Assembly: GCA_963668315.1 (NCBI GenBank)
Contig: OY764216.1
Span: 5,376,001 to 5,440,000, forward strand
From: Spirochaetia bacterium
GTDB lineage: Bacteria > Spirochaetota > Spirochaetia > DSM-2461
Direction: 5' to 3'
DNA: 64,000 nt
The notes beneath the pieces are model-generated. The model was not told the DNA's origin. It made no database searches and saw only the letters and a list, made by a program, of their open reading frames with translations. Numbering within the stretch: position 1 is the first letter of the stretch; the number at the start of each line of letters is the position of its first letter. Shown piece after piece: positions 28,201 to 36,719 of the stretch. The position numbers and the translations under genes were made by a program.

Positions 28201-29933
28201 TTTTGTCCATTCTGGCCCTTCCTATCATGCACCAGAGCAATATGATGGGGGTTCTCTATCTGGAGAACAGATTAATGGCCAATGTCTTTCTCAAGGATCA
28301 CCTCCAGCTCCTTAACGTTCTGGTCACCCAGGCGGCCATATCCATTCAGATTGCCCAGCTCTACACCAGCCTCGAGGGGAAAATCAAGGAACTGGAAAAA
28401 ACCCAGAAGGCCCTGCTCGAGTCCAGGACATGGCTCGATCAGATTATCAACGCCGTGCCCGATCCTATTTTCGTGAAGGACAGCCGGCATAAGTGGATAC
28501 TTCTGAATAACTCTTTCTGCCATCTCATGGGACTGACGAAGGACGATATCATCGGAAAGATGGACTATGATCTATTCAAGAAGTCCGAGGCCGAAGTCTT
28601 CTGGGCCAAGGATGAGGAGGTCCTTCACTCGGGAACGGAAAATATCAATGAGGAGACACTGACCGACACATCCGGTGAGATTCACACCCTTGTCACCAAA
28701 AAGGACCGCTACACCGATAAGGGGGGGAATCATTATATCGTCGGTATTATCCGGGATATCACCGAACAGGTAAAACTGGAGGGGCAGCTCCAGCAGAAGG
28801 CCAAGCTGGAAGCGGTCGGCCGCCTTGCCGGCGGGGTCGCCCACGATTTCAACAATATGCTCGGGGCCATACTGGGCTACGGGGAAATAGCCCTTGAACA
28901 GACCTCTCCCGGTGATCCGGTGAACTCCGCCCTGACCGAAATCATGGAAGCGGCCACCCGCTCCGCCGATATAACCCGCCAGCTGCTCGCCTTTGCCAGA
29001 AAGCAGACGGTGGCGCCGAAAGTGATTGACATTAACGATATCATCATCGGCATGCTGAATATGATCCGCCGTCTCATCGGAGAAAATATTGAGCTCCACT
29101 GGACCCCGGGGAATAACCTCTGGAAAGTGAAGATGGATCCGTCCCAGATTGATCAGATACTGGTCAATCTGTGTGTGAACGCAAAAGATGCCATGCAGAC
29201 GGGGGGAACAATATCCATAGAAACGGGAACGGAGAGTTTTGACGAGGAGTTCTGCCGGAACGAACTGGGTTTTCTTCCGGGGGATTTTGTCTATATCTCG
29301 GTCAGGGATACGGGCTGCGGCATGGATGAGCAGACCCGGGAGCATATTTTTGAACCCTTCTTCACGACGAAAGGCATCAATAAGGGAACCGGGCTCGGCC
29401 TGGCTACCGTATACGGCATAGTGAAGCAGAACTCGGGCTTTATCAAAGTCTACAGTACAACGGGAGAAGGGACAGAGTTCAAGATTTTCCTGAGCCGGGA
29501 AAACGAACGGGAGAAACGGGACGATCAGAAAAAAGGAGAAGAGACTCTGCTCAGGGGAAAGGAGACCATTCTGCTGGTCGAAGACGAGCCGGTGATTCTC
29601 AAACTGGCCCGGACGATTCTGGAGCAGCTGGGATATACGGTCCTCTATGCCGGTTCGGCGGCGAAAGCCCTGGAATTGGCGGAAAAGAAAAAACAGGAGA
29701 TTGACCTTCTGCTGACCGATGTAGTCATGCCCGATATGAACGGTTCGGAATTATCGGAAAAACTCAGAGAAATGATACCCGGCCTGCGCTGCCTTTTCAT
29801 GTCCGGGTATCCCGCCAATGTGGTAACCCAGCAGGGGATTCTGGACAGTGCGGTCAATTATCTGCAGAAGCCCTTTTCAAAGACGGAAATGTCGATCAAG
29901 GTCCGCAGGGTCCTTGATGCTCCCCTATCCTGA
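25230..29933 (+). CDS. Multidomain sensor: Ser/Thr (pseudo)kinase-AAA ATPase-GAF-PAS-HisKA-HATPase-REC
   Basis: VALK, YKNLNSEN, DFS, APEQTGR, DLYSLG; GPAGTGKT and LDDLQWAD; GAF (GVLYLEN); PAS; AHDFNN; TDVVMP; ATG 1 nt after the DUF1638 stop (alternative start 25209). Confidence 0.92.
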   Translation: MDLAQVKIQDLQLVHKGKMSSIYRLDNAEDGRTVALKITNSLSPRSEEPERLANELNISRNFTIPGLRKALGSGKVEGRSAIVLEWVEGKTLREICPGGPDIDYLKKLTIARNVAGNLTELHKLNIIYKNLNSENILVAGDLKTTLIDFSLAGHGSRSSLPVLSGKNEGDFAYTAPEQTGRTDLPMDYRADLYSLGVLLYELFSGKLPFSGENAYELIYEHITRIPRELYLVDREHPRVLSDIVMKLLNKNPDERYQTAYGVYSDLENALKQYMDKGSIDPFELCRNDISGHLLTGENLYVREEKLEDLKKAYGKALSGNQQVLLLTGPAGTGKTLLVNEFKKIVQKNRGIFVSGSFDQYKKHVLFNGLNQALTALVGSLTRYESDRLQKLGDKLQEETLLMTEPMTTLFPQLKPLFSRRRSPGSPGPFSEERLLSSVHRVLSFLARECRPLVLFLDDLQWADSTTVKLIEALIDDRDGAPLLFIGAMDNSAALSDDYNKSPDILRKLTAHASLITIELENLDRGSFISFLKDILLREDKEMLSLAEDLYGKTGGNPQLTIDYIYSLYREGSLYFDFEARMWSWDTGALDEKNALVDISSTTSHTLEQLSPSCRELLTAASCIGDRFSLDLLASLKKWDIKRIRDDLEEAVKAFLIAPVQPEGYTPGSPEDREGESHIYHFTHAYIRRIANALLSSREKRRLHFSLGQNYLEVYSRDELEAHLFDVADQLNEGFQYIKKPEKLRELAELNLRAGKKALSFGLHKSATRYLNMGVGLLPVSRWETAPALCLDFYQQILEAEYLSQNYSRVLTIASELEFHSRDPEITRKIHRYRILAYSAQGDYKEAFQSSLNALDSLGLLNREDIPLASLSRTITPVQMDMVSIIKATHTLSREIHLESLLEKFILIVMENAGADKGVLIIEEEGEMNILCQASRGPETEITRERTPYRTSEAVPLSVIDAVINSKEEVILGNALHNSTLSGDDYIAKNQVLSILALPIMHQSNMMGVLYLENRLMANVFLKDHLQLLNVLVTQAAISIQIAQLYTSLEGKIKELEKTQKALLESRTWLDQIINAVPDPIFVKDSRHKWILLNNSFCHLMGLTKDDIIGKMDYDLFKKSEAEVFWAKDEEVLHSGTENINEETLTDTSGEIHTLVTKKDRYTDKGGNHYIVGIIRDITEQVKLEGQLQQKAKLEAVGRLAGGVAHDFNNMLGAILGYGEIALEQTSPGDPVNSALTEIMEAATRSADITRQLLAFARKQTVAPKVIDINDIIIGMLNMIRRLIGENIELHWTPGNNLWKVKMDPSQIDQILVNLCVNAKDAMQTGGTISIETGTESFDEEFCRNELGFLPGDFVYISVRDTGCGMDEQTREHIFEPFFTTKGINKGTGLGLATVYGIVKQNSGFIKVYSTTGEGTEFKIFLSRENEREKRDDQKKGEETLLRGKETILLVEDEPVILKLARTILEQLGYTVLYAGSAAKALELAEKKKQEIDLLLTDVVMPDMNGSELSEKLREMIPGLRCLFMSGYPANVVTQQGILDSAVNYLQKPFSKTEMSIKVRRVLDAPLS

Positions 29934-29944
29934 TCTCCGAGGTA

Positions 29945-29976
29945 CCGGCGGGAAGAACGAAGAAACTTCCCGCCGG
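29945..29976. terminator. Hairpin between the convergent kinase and fucO genes
   Basis: Perfect 11-bp stem CCGGCGGGAAG / CTTCCCGCCGG. Confidence 0.7.
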
Positions 29977-29993
29977 CATAGGGTTCTCTCTAT

Positions 29994-31142
29994 CTACATC
30001 AAAGATTTATAGAGGGCGATAACATCTTCCTTGGTAGGAGTCCGGGGATTTCCCGGCTGACAGGCGTCTGCCATGGCGGAATCGGAAAGAAAATCCAGGT
30101 CCACTTCCTTGGCGATACCCTTGAGATTCTGGGGAATATCAATATCCCTGGAAAGGGATTTGACCGCGTCGATGGCGGCTTTGCGGTACTCGGCCCGGCT
30201 CATGGATTCGGTGTTCTCCACGCCCATGGCCTGGGCGATATACTTGTACTTGTCGCCGGTGTACTCCGCATTGTACTCCATAACCGTAGGCAGAAGAATG
30301 GCGCAGGCGACCCCATGGGGCGTATCGTAGAAAGCACTGAGCGTATGGGCCATGGAGTGGTCGATTCCCAGGCCGACGTTGGAAAATCCCATCCCGGCGA
30401 TATACTGTCCCAGGGCCATGTCCTCACGGGCTTTCTCGTCTCCCTTGACGGAATCCCTGAGGGAGCGGCCGATGATTTCGATGGCTTTAAGGTGCATCAT
30501 GTCGGTCATTTCCCAGGCGCCTTTGGTTATGTAGCCTTCGATCGCGTGGGTCAGGGCGTCCATTCCGGTGGAAGCGCAGAGTTTGGCGGGCATGCTCATC
30601 ATCATGTCAGGATCGACACAGGCGATGATAGGAATGTCATTCGTATCGACACAAACGAATTTTCTCTTTTTCTCAAGGTCGGTAATAACGTAGTTGATCG
30701 TTACCTCGGCGGCCGTTCCGGCTGTGGTGGGCACGGCGATGATGGGAACGCATTTGTTCTTGGTGGGAGCCACTCCCTCCAGGCTGCGCACATCGGCGAA
30801 TTCCGGATTGTTGATAATGATGCCGACAGCCTTGGCCGTATCCATGGAGGAACCGCCGCCTATGGCGATAATATAATCGGCACCGGCTTTTTTGTAGGCT
30901 TCCACGCCGCTGAGCACGTTCTCGATGGGAGGATTCGGTTTGATATCGGAGAAAAGCTCATAGGAAAGACCGGCGCCGTCCAGGACATCGGTGACCTTCT
31001 TCGTGACGTTGAATTTAATCAGGTCCGGGTCGGAACAGATAAAAGCCTTCTTCCAGCCGTGCAGTTTCACTTCATCGACGATGCAGGCAATCGCACCTTT
31101 TCCGTGGTAGGATGTTTCATTAAGGGTGATTCTATTTGCCAT
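29994..31142 (-). CDS. fucO: Lactaldehyde reductase (iron-containing alcohol dehydrogenase)
   Basis: MANRITLNETSYHG, GGGSSMD, DVRSLEG, PTTAGT, DALTHAIEG, HSMAH. Confidence 0.92.
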   Translation of the reverse strand: MANRITLNETSYHGKGAIACIVDEVKLHGWKKAFICSDPDLIKFNVTKKVTDVLDGAGLSYELFSDIKPNPPIENVLSGVEAYKKAGADYIIAIGGGSSMDTAKAVGIIINNPEFADVRSLEGVAPTKNKCVPIIAVPTTAGTAAEVTINYVITDLEKKRKFVCVDTNDIPIIACVDPDMMMSMPAKLCASTGMDALTHAIEGYITKGAWEMTDMMHLKAIEIIGRSLRDSVKGDEKAREDMALGQYIAGMGFSNVGLGIDHSMAHTLSAFYDTPHGVACAILLPTVMEYNAEYTGDKYKYIAQAMGVENTESMSRAEYRKAAIDAVKSLSRDIDIPQNLKGIAKEVDLDFLSDSAMADACQPGNPRTPTKEDVIALYKSLM

Positions 31143-31289
31143 AATATTTCTCCTTGATATATCAGGCGGACAGCAGTAATTTCCGGCCGCCGTAAAGATT
31201 CGAAATGTATTATGACAGTATTATGCCGCCCCTTGGGGGAAGGCTCAAGTGACAGATATTTCAAAGTGTAACTTTTTATCGATATTTTT

Positions 31290-31847
31290 TTAACTTTTCT
31301 GCAGTTCGGGCAGCAGGAGGACGGCCAGCCGGGCGGGAAGGGCCTCTATCAGGCAGTCAGCCAGGGTTTCGGAGGACTTTTCCATACCGCTGACGGCCCA
31401 CTCGACGGTCATGGAAATGGAGCCGTGACAATAGAGTTCCAGGATGAACCGGATCTCCTCGTCCAGGGGTTTTCCCGTTTGCCTGCGGATGATATTGGTA
31501 TAGAACTCCAGAATAAAGTCGTAGTCATGCTGCTTGATGGAGTTGTAATCGGAAGATTTGAATGCCTGGGCAAAAAAGACCCCCTCCCGCCGGATAAAAT
31601 CAAATTTGAGAATCAGCCCCTCCCTGAGGCTCAGGGTCACCCCCATCTGCTCAAAGCACTCTCTGGCCAGAATATCGAAGCACCAGTTGACCAGATCGTA
31701 CTTATCCCGGAAATGACGGTAGAACGTCTGCCTGGTCACCCCGGCGTCTTTCACCACATCGGTGACGGTAATGCGTTCGAGGGACGTCTGTTCCATCAGT
31801 TTTTTAATGGATGAAGCCATTTTAGATGTTGCGCTGTTCCTTCCCAT
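31290..31847 (-). CDS. TetR-family regulator (DhaS-like)
   Basis: ITVTDVVKDAGVTRQTFYRHFRDKYDLVNW. Confidence 0.9.
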   Translation of the reverse strand: MGRNSATSKMASSIKKLMEQTSLERITVTDVVKDAGVTRQTFYRHFRDKYDLVNWCFDILARECFEQMGVTLSLREGLILKFDFIRREGVFFAQAFKSSDYNSIKQHDYDFILEFYTNIIRRQTGKPLDEEIRFILELYCHGSISMTVEWAVSGMEKSSETLADCLIEALPARLAVLLLPELQKS

Positions 31848-31908
31848 TATTACCCTACCTCTGCTTCAGTATATGGATCATAAACCTGTTTTTGTATATT
31901 ATCAAAGA

Positions 31909-32103
31909 ATGAGCGGACAGGAAAGAAAAAATATTCATCCCGGACTGGAAGTCAATATTGTCCTGAAAAAGGATCAGCGAAGCGGAAATCTGACCAGGGG
32001 AGTTGTAAAGGATATCCTGACCAATTCCTCCTTTCATCCCCACGGGATCAAAGTGCGCCTGGAGGACGGGCAGATCGGCAGGGTACAGGAAATCATCGAA
32101 TAA
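31909..32103 (+). CDS. YwbE (DUF2196) family protein
   Basis: VNIVLKKDQRSG.LT.GVVKDILT.S..HPHGIKVRLEDGQIGRV. Confidence 0.9.
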   Translation: MSGQERKNIHPGLEVNIVLKKDQRSGNLTRGVVKDILTNSSFHPHGIKVRLEDGQIGRVQEIIE

Positions 32104-32114
32104 AGGAAAATCGA

Positions 32115-32384
32115 ATGGCCAATTACAAAATCAAGTGCGAAGTCGTCGAGATACGGCAGAATAAGTTCAAATGCTCACAGGTAGGACAAACCTTCCTACT
32201 TGGCGCCCGTACCCCCGAAGGGATGTGCGCCAAGGCATACGCCTCCATCTACCCCCAGGCCCTGGCGATGCGTTTTTCCGACAAGATGGCCTGGGAAGAT
32301 GAATCGGGGGTTATCAATATTACCTGTCCCGACCGGGATGTGGTCTACCGCTTATCCAGAATCAAAGACGAACAGACGTCCTAA
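32115..32384 (+). CDS. TIGR04076-family small Cys-containing protein
   Basis: C...G..F.....PEGMC..A...IYP...A...ITCPD..V.Y pattern. Confidence 0.75.
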   Translation: MANYKIKCEVVEIRQNKFKCSQVGQTFLLGARTPEGMCAKAYASIYPQALAMRFSDKMAWEDESGVINITCPDRDVVYRLSRIKDEQTS

Positions 32385-33037
32385 ACAAAATAGTTTTCCA
32401 GACCTCCGAAATCATTCAGGTCGGCCGTGAGGTTGCTGAGGATCAGCTCCGAATCCTTGTTTTTCAGACCGGCGATGATTTCCGCGTGGTGCTTCGTATC
32501 GGCGGAGAGGAGCTTAATATCGCTTGTGCTCTTGTAGAACTGGGCATAGGCTCTCTTCAGCCGGTTCATACAGCGTTCCAGTTCTTCCTTGGCATACCGG
32601 CTGCCGCATGACTCGACGAGCTTCAGATGAAATTCCACATTGTGGGCCCAGTGGGTCCAGACGTCTGAACAGTCCCTCTGGCAGCGCTCGTCAATCTCCT
32701 CCAGTTCAGCTATCTGAGCCGGGGAAAACCGGTCGAAATGCATTTTCAGCATGCCCCTCTCAAGGATCAGCCGGAACTGGATCATTTCGGAAATATCTTC
32801 CTTTGTCAGCCGGATGACCTCGTAACCGTAACGGGGTATATTGCGCAGAACATTCTCGGCGCAGAGAGTCATCAGAGCTTCCCGGACGGGGGATTTACTG
32901 CATTCATACTTCTCTATGAGACTTCTCTCGTTCAGTATATCGCCGGGCTGGTACTCCAGAGAAATGATATCTTCCAAGATCGCATTGTATACTTTGTCCT
33001 TTAAACTCATCTCTTTCCCCGCCGGGTTATCACTCAT
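32381..33037 (-). CDS. GntR/FadR-family regulator (FCD domain)
   Basis: PGD.LNE..L......SKSPVREAL wHTH; FH motif in the C-terminal domain. Confidence 0.9.
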   Translation of the reverse strand: MSDNPAGKEMSLKDKVYNAILEDIISLEYQPGDILNERSLIEKYECSKSPVREALMTLCAENVLRNIPRYGYEVIRLTKEDISEMIQFRLILERGMLKMHFDRFSPAQIAELEEIDERCQRDCSDVWTHWAHNVEFHLKLVESCGSRYAKEELERCMNRLKRAYAQFYKSTSDIKLLSADTKHHAEIIAGLKNKDSELILSNLTADLNDFGGLENYFV

Positions 33038-33110
33038 TTTTCCACTCTCTTCCGATGATTGAAGGGCATTTTACCATAGATCGGGGTGAAGTGAAAGGGA
33101 AACTCCGGAG

Positions 33111-33162
33111 TTGACACCTGATATGATTACTGGTATTATCAGTAGTATTACCAGTAATCATA
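33111..33162 (+). promoter_or_regulatory. sigma70 promoter overlapped by a perfect 14-bp inverted repeat (probable GntR operator)
   Basis: TTGACA(33111)-N17-TATTAT(33134) with TG extension; TATGATTACTGGTA(33122-33135)-N13-TACCAGTAATCATA(33149-33162). Confidence 0.8.
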
Positions 33163-33173
33163 CGAGGTGATTT

Positions 33174-34463
33174 ATGAATACAGTTAAAGAGCAGTTCTAC
33201 CTGGATATATTAAACAAAGAGCTTGTCCCCGCCCTGGGATGCACCGAGCCCATCGCCATTGCCTACGCGTCTGCTAAAGCGCGGCAGGTGCTGGGAGAAT
33301 CTCCGGAAAAAATCGATATCTGCTGCAGCGGAAACATTATAAAGAACGTGGCGGGTGTAAAAGTCCCCCACTCGGGCGGACTGAAGGGAGTCGGCGTCGC
33401 AGCCATTCTCGGTGTTCTGGGGGGTGATGCCGACAGGGAGCTGGAAGTGCTGGAAGGAGTCACCGACGGACACAGGGAACAGACGAAAGAGCTTCTGAAT
33501 AATGGATACTTCTCCTGCAAACTTCAGGAGGATGTGGAAAACCTTTATATCATCGCCACCGTATGGAAAGGGGCCCATTCGGCCAGCGTCACCATCATCA
33601 ACCGCCATACGCTGATCACGGAAATCAGGAAAGACGGAGAAGTCATCTACCAGGCTCAGGGGGAAAGCGGAGTCAAGGGAGAGGCCGATTCCTGGGATGT
33701 GACGATCAGGGAAATCCTGGACTTCGCCGAAAAGGCGGATCTGGAGAAAGTGAGAGGGCTGCTCGACCGGCAGATTCAGATGAACTCCGCCATCGCCCGG
33801 ACGGGAATGGAGAGCGATTACGGAGCCCAGGTGGGAAAAACTCTCCTCGAAACCTCAGGAGAAGACGTGAGGACCCGGGCAAGGGCCTTTGCCTCGGCGG
33901 GGTCGGATGCCCGGATGGGGGGCTGCAGCCTTCCCGTCGTGATTGTGTCGGGCAGCGGCAACCAGGGAATGACCGTATCTCTCCCCGTGCTGGAATACGC
34001 GAAAGAGTGGAATGTTCCCCCGGAAAAACTATACCGGGCCCTGATTATCAGCAATCTGACTTCGGTCCATCTGAAGCACTATATCGGCAGCCTCTCGGCC
34101 TTCTGCGGAGCCGTCACGGCGGCCTGCGGCGCGGGAGCGGCCATAACCTACCTGGACAACGGGACCTATCAGAATATCTCCCACACCATCATCAATACCC
34201 TGGCCAATGTGGGAGGCATCGTATGCGACGGAGCCAAGGCGTCCTGCGCCGCGAAAATATCCTCCGCCGTGGATGCCGCCATCCTGGGGTACCAGCTGAG
34301 CATGAAAGACCGTTTCTTCGAATCCGGGGAGGGCATCATAAAGGAAGACCTGGAAAGCACGATCCAGAGCATGGGCTATGTGGGGCGGGTGGGAATGAAA
34401 GCCACCGATATCGAAATCCTCAATGTCATGATGGACCAGGTCGATTACCGGGCGGGAGCCTAA
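33174..34463 (+). CDS. UPF0597/YhaM (CyuA)-family Fe-S L-cysteine desulfidase / serine dehydratase-like protein
   Basis: PALGCTEP, SDARMGG, SGSGNQG, LSAFCG, CDGAK.SCA.K. Confidence 0.88.
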   Translation: MNTVKEQFYLDILNKELVPALGCTEPIAIAYASAKARQVLGESPEKIDICCSGNIIKNVAGVKVPHSGGLKGVGVAAILGVLGGDADRELEVLEGVTDGHREQTKELLNNGYFSCKLQEDVENLYIIATVWKGAHSASVTIINRHTLITEIRKDGEVIYQAQGESGVKGEADSWDVTIREILDFAEKADLEKVRGLLDRQIQMNSAIARTGMESDYGAQVGKTLLETSGEDVRTRARAFASAGSDARMGGCSLPVVIVSGSGNQGMTVSLPVLEYAKEWNVPPEKLYRALIISNLTSVHLKHYIGSLSAFCGAVTAACGAGAAITYLDNGTYQNISHTIINTLANVGGIVCDGAKASCAAKISSAVDAAILGYQLSMKDRFFESGEGIIKEDLESTIQSMGYVGRVGMKATDIEILNVMMDQVDYRAGA

Positions 34464-34464
34464 A

Positions 34465-35202
34465 CTAAATCACGTTGTCCACAACGAGCATATTAAGCTT
34501 TTGGGAAGTACGCAGTTCCCCCTTCGTCAGGAGGAGCTGCTCTTTCAGCTCATCGGAATACTTATGGGGCGTCAGCGTCACAAGACACTTGAAGGCGCAG
34601 GGCCTCATATCGGAGGATGAAATCCCGCATAGCATTCCATAGGTGCTCTCCCTCAGCTCCAGGGGATTGAAAATATACAAAAGGTCCTCCTCCAGAGTGT
34701 TATACTGATTGATAAAGGAAAAACGGATAAGCCTGTCGCTGTAGGTGACAGAACCGAGGTAGTAGATTTCGCTGCTCCTCCCGTTGGGAGTCACGACACT
34801 GATGGTAAGGGCGGCTTTCTGCTGATTCCCCTCCCTCCCGGGAAATATATCGATCACCCCGTCCTTAAGCCTTTTATAGCGGCCGTCATAAAAATAGAAA
34901 TACAGCCGGGAGGCATTATGGAATGTTTTCATCACCGTTCCTCCGGTCTGACCTCCGCCTGCGCCGGGAATCTGATAGTCGATAAGCTGATTGGGGGAGA
35001 CCTGGAGAGCCGCAGCTATATGAAAAAGCGTCGTCAGATCCAGTGAGATCTCACCGGTTTCATATTTTGAAACGGTGGAGCGGCTCTTATGTATCCGATC
35101 GGCCAGATCCTGAATCGTCATACCCCGGATTTTCCGGTTCTTTCTGATGCGGTCGCCCACATGGCGGTTGACCTCTTCATAAAGACAGGATGCACTTTCC
35201 AT
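34465..35202 (-). CDS. XRE-family HTH regulator with a C-terminal domain
   Basis: IRKNRK.RGMTIQDLA..IHKSRSTVSKYETG; start uncertain (track start 35256). Confidence 0.85.
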   Translation of the reverse strand: MESASCLYEEVNRHVGDRIRKNRKIRGMTIQDLADRIHKSRSTVSKYETGEISLDLTTLFHIAAALQVSPNQLIDYQIPGAGGGQTGGTVMKTFHNASRLYFYFYDGRYKRLKDGVIDIFPGREGNQQKAALTISVVTPNGRSSEIYYLGSVTYSDRLIRFSFINQYNTLEEDLLYIFNPLELRESTYGMLCGISSSDMRPCAFKCLVTLTPHKYSDELKEQLLLTKGELRTSQKLNMLVVDNVI

Positions 35203-35451
35203 AAACAATCCCTCCCCTTGTTGAACCCGGAGTTTCCTCAAACGGTACAATGGCATGTTTTTTTCCTATAAAAGGCCCTATATGTCGCTAATCTAACATA
35301 AAAAGGCGTAGAATTCTATTCTCAGGAAATTTTTACCCTTATACTTCTATTCTAACGAAACTTATACAATTTGTCTCTTCCCCGGTCTTTTCTGTATACT
35401 GAAAAGAAGAATGCGCCGCCCTTCGCTGTGCGGTGCAGAGGGAGAAAGAAT

Positions 35452-36378
35452 ATGAAGATAGCGATTATAGGAGCGGGGGCCATGGGATGCCTTTACGGCG
35501 CCCACCTGAGTGAAAAGAACGATGTAACCATGATTGATGCCCTTCCGGACCAGGTGGAAGCCATCAACAGCAAGGGAATAACCATGGTGGATACATCGGG
35601 CAGGGAAAAAAACTTCCCTGAGGTAAAGGCCTCCCTTTCCGGAGAATGGCGGGACGATATGGATGTGGTGATCATCTTCGTCAAATCGACCTACACGGAA
35701 CAGGCCCTTGAACAGAACCGCGGCCTTCTGGGAGATTCCACCCTGGTCATGACCCTTCAGAACGGAGCGGGCAACGACAGGAAAATAGAAAAGTATGTGA
35801 AAAGGGAAAACGTCATCATAGGCACAAGCAAGCACAACGCCATCAATCTGGGCAGGGGTAAAATCCGCCACGGCGGGCCGGGAGAGACGACCATCGGCAG
35901 TAATTATCAGGCGACCGGTGCGGTTGAAACCATTTCCCGAATGCTTTCCGAAGCGGGATTCGAGGTAAATGCCACCGACGATATCCAGCGGATCATCTGG
36001 AGCAAACTGCTCGTGAATCTCTCGGTCAATACGTTTACAGCGATAACTCTGACCCCCATCGGATACATGATTAAAAACCAGCATGCCTGGGATTTCGCGA
36101 AAAGGCTTGTGTATGAGGCCATAGAAGTGGCCGAGGCCGACGGCACCTATTTCGACAGGCGGGAGGCGCTTAATATGGTAAGAGGCGTCTGTGAAACGGC
36201 GGGAGAGGGGTATTCATCCATGTATCAGGATAGAAAGCGCAGGATCCCCATGGAAATCGACGCCATAAACGGGGCTATCGTGGAACAGGCGAAGCTTTAC
36301 GGGGTCCCCACCCCCTACAATACGCTCATCGTCGACCTGATCCACGCCATAGAAGGGGCTTACGATCTCTATGAGTAG
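35452..36378 (+). CDS. panE: 2-dehydropantoate 2-reductase (ketopantoate reductase family)
   Basis: MKIAIIGAGAMG, VKS, LQNG, WSKLLVN, SSMYQD, EIDAING. Confidence 0.9.
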   Translation: MKIAIIGAGAMGCLYGAHLSEKNDVTMIDALPDQVEAINSKGITMVDTSGREKNFPEVKASLSGEWRDDMDVVIIFVKSTYTEQALEQNRGLLGDSTLVMTLQNGAGNDRKIEKYVKRENVIIGTSKHNAINLGRGKIRHGGPGETTIGSNYQATGAVETISRMLSEAGFEVNATDDIQRIIWSKLLVNLSVNTFTAITLTPIGYMIKNQHAWDFAKRLVYEAIEVAEADGTYFDRREALNMVRGVCETAGEGYSSMYQDRKRRIPMEIDAINGAIVEQAKLYGVPTPYNTLIVDLIHAIEGAYDLYE

Positions 36379-36396
36379 CCCTTCAGGGTATGGGAA

Positions 36397-36416
36397 AGGC
36401 CCCCTTTCGGGGGCCT
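36397..36416. terminator. Hairpin between convergent genes
   Basis: AGGCCCCC-TTTC-GGGGGCCT. Confidence 0.7.
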
Positions 36417-36420
36417 CTCA

Positions 36421-36642
36421 TTACTTCCACCAGATTGCTTTCTTTCTGGGGTTGCCGAAGGACTCAAAGGAGTCCCCCGATTCATTCAGGACAGCCATGA
36501 ACTCATCCAGAGTAAAATCATAACCGTCTTCATTCGCCATGTTAACAAAGTTTTCCTTGCTTTCAACCACATCGTACTTGAGTCGGAGATCGTTATCCGA
36601 ACCTCCGGCAATTAAAAATTCTTCAACATTTTTCTTGGACAT
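36421..36642 (-). CDS. Nif11-like leader-domain small protein
   Basis: MS..NV..FL......LR......E.FV..A...GYDFT..E pattern; GGAGG RBS. Confidence 0.75.
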   Translation of the reverse strand: MSKKNVEEFLIAGGSDNDLRLKYDVVESKENFVNMANEDGYDFTLDEFMAVLNESGDSFESFGNPRKKAIWWK

Positions 36643-36719
36643 TTTTATTCCTCCAACCTTTTGGTCAGATAATAAAAAAAGATTTAAACTCTGTCAATCT
36701 AAGGAAAAGCGTGCTCTCT

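Noticed and set aside
29994..31142. fucO as the methanol dehydrogenase of the mta operon
   Set aside because: It is convergent, separated by a hairpin, has its own upstream TetR gene and looks like a typical lactaldehyde reductase; adjacency alone is insufficient
36421..36642. Complete RiPP biosynthetic gene cluster
   Set aside because: No maturase, peptidase or exporter is adjacent, and the radical SAM genes in the window are MoaA and SplB-like and far away
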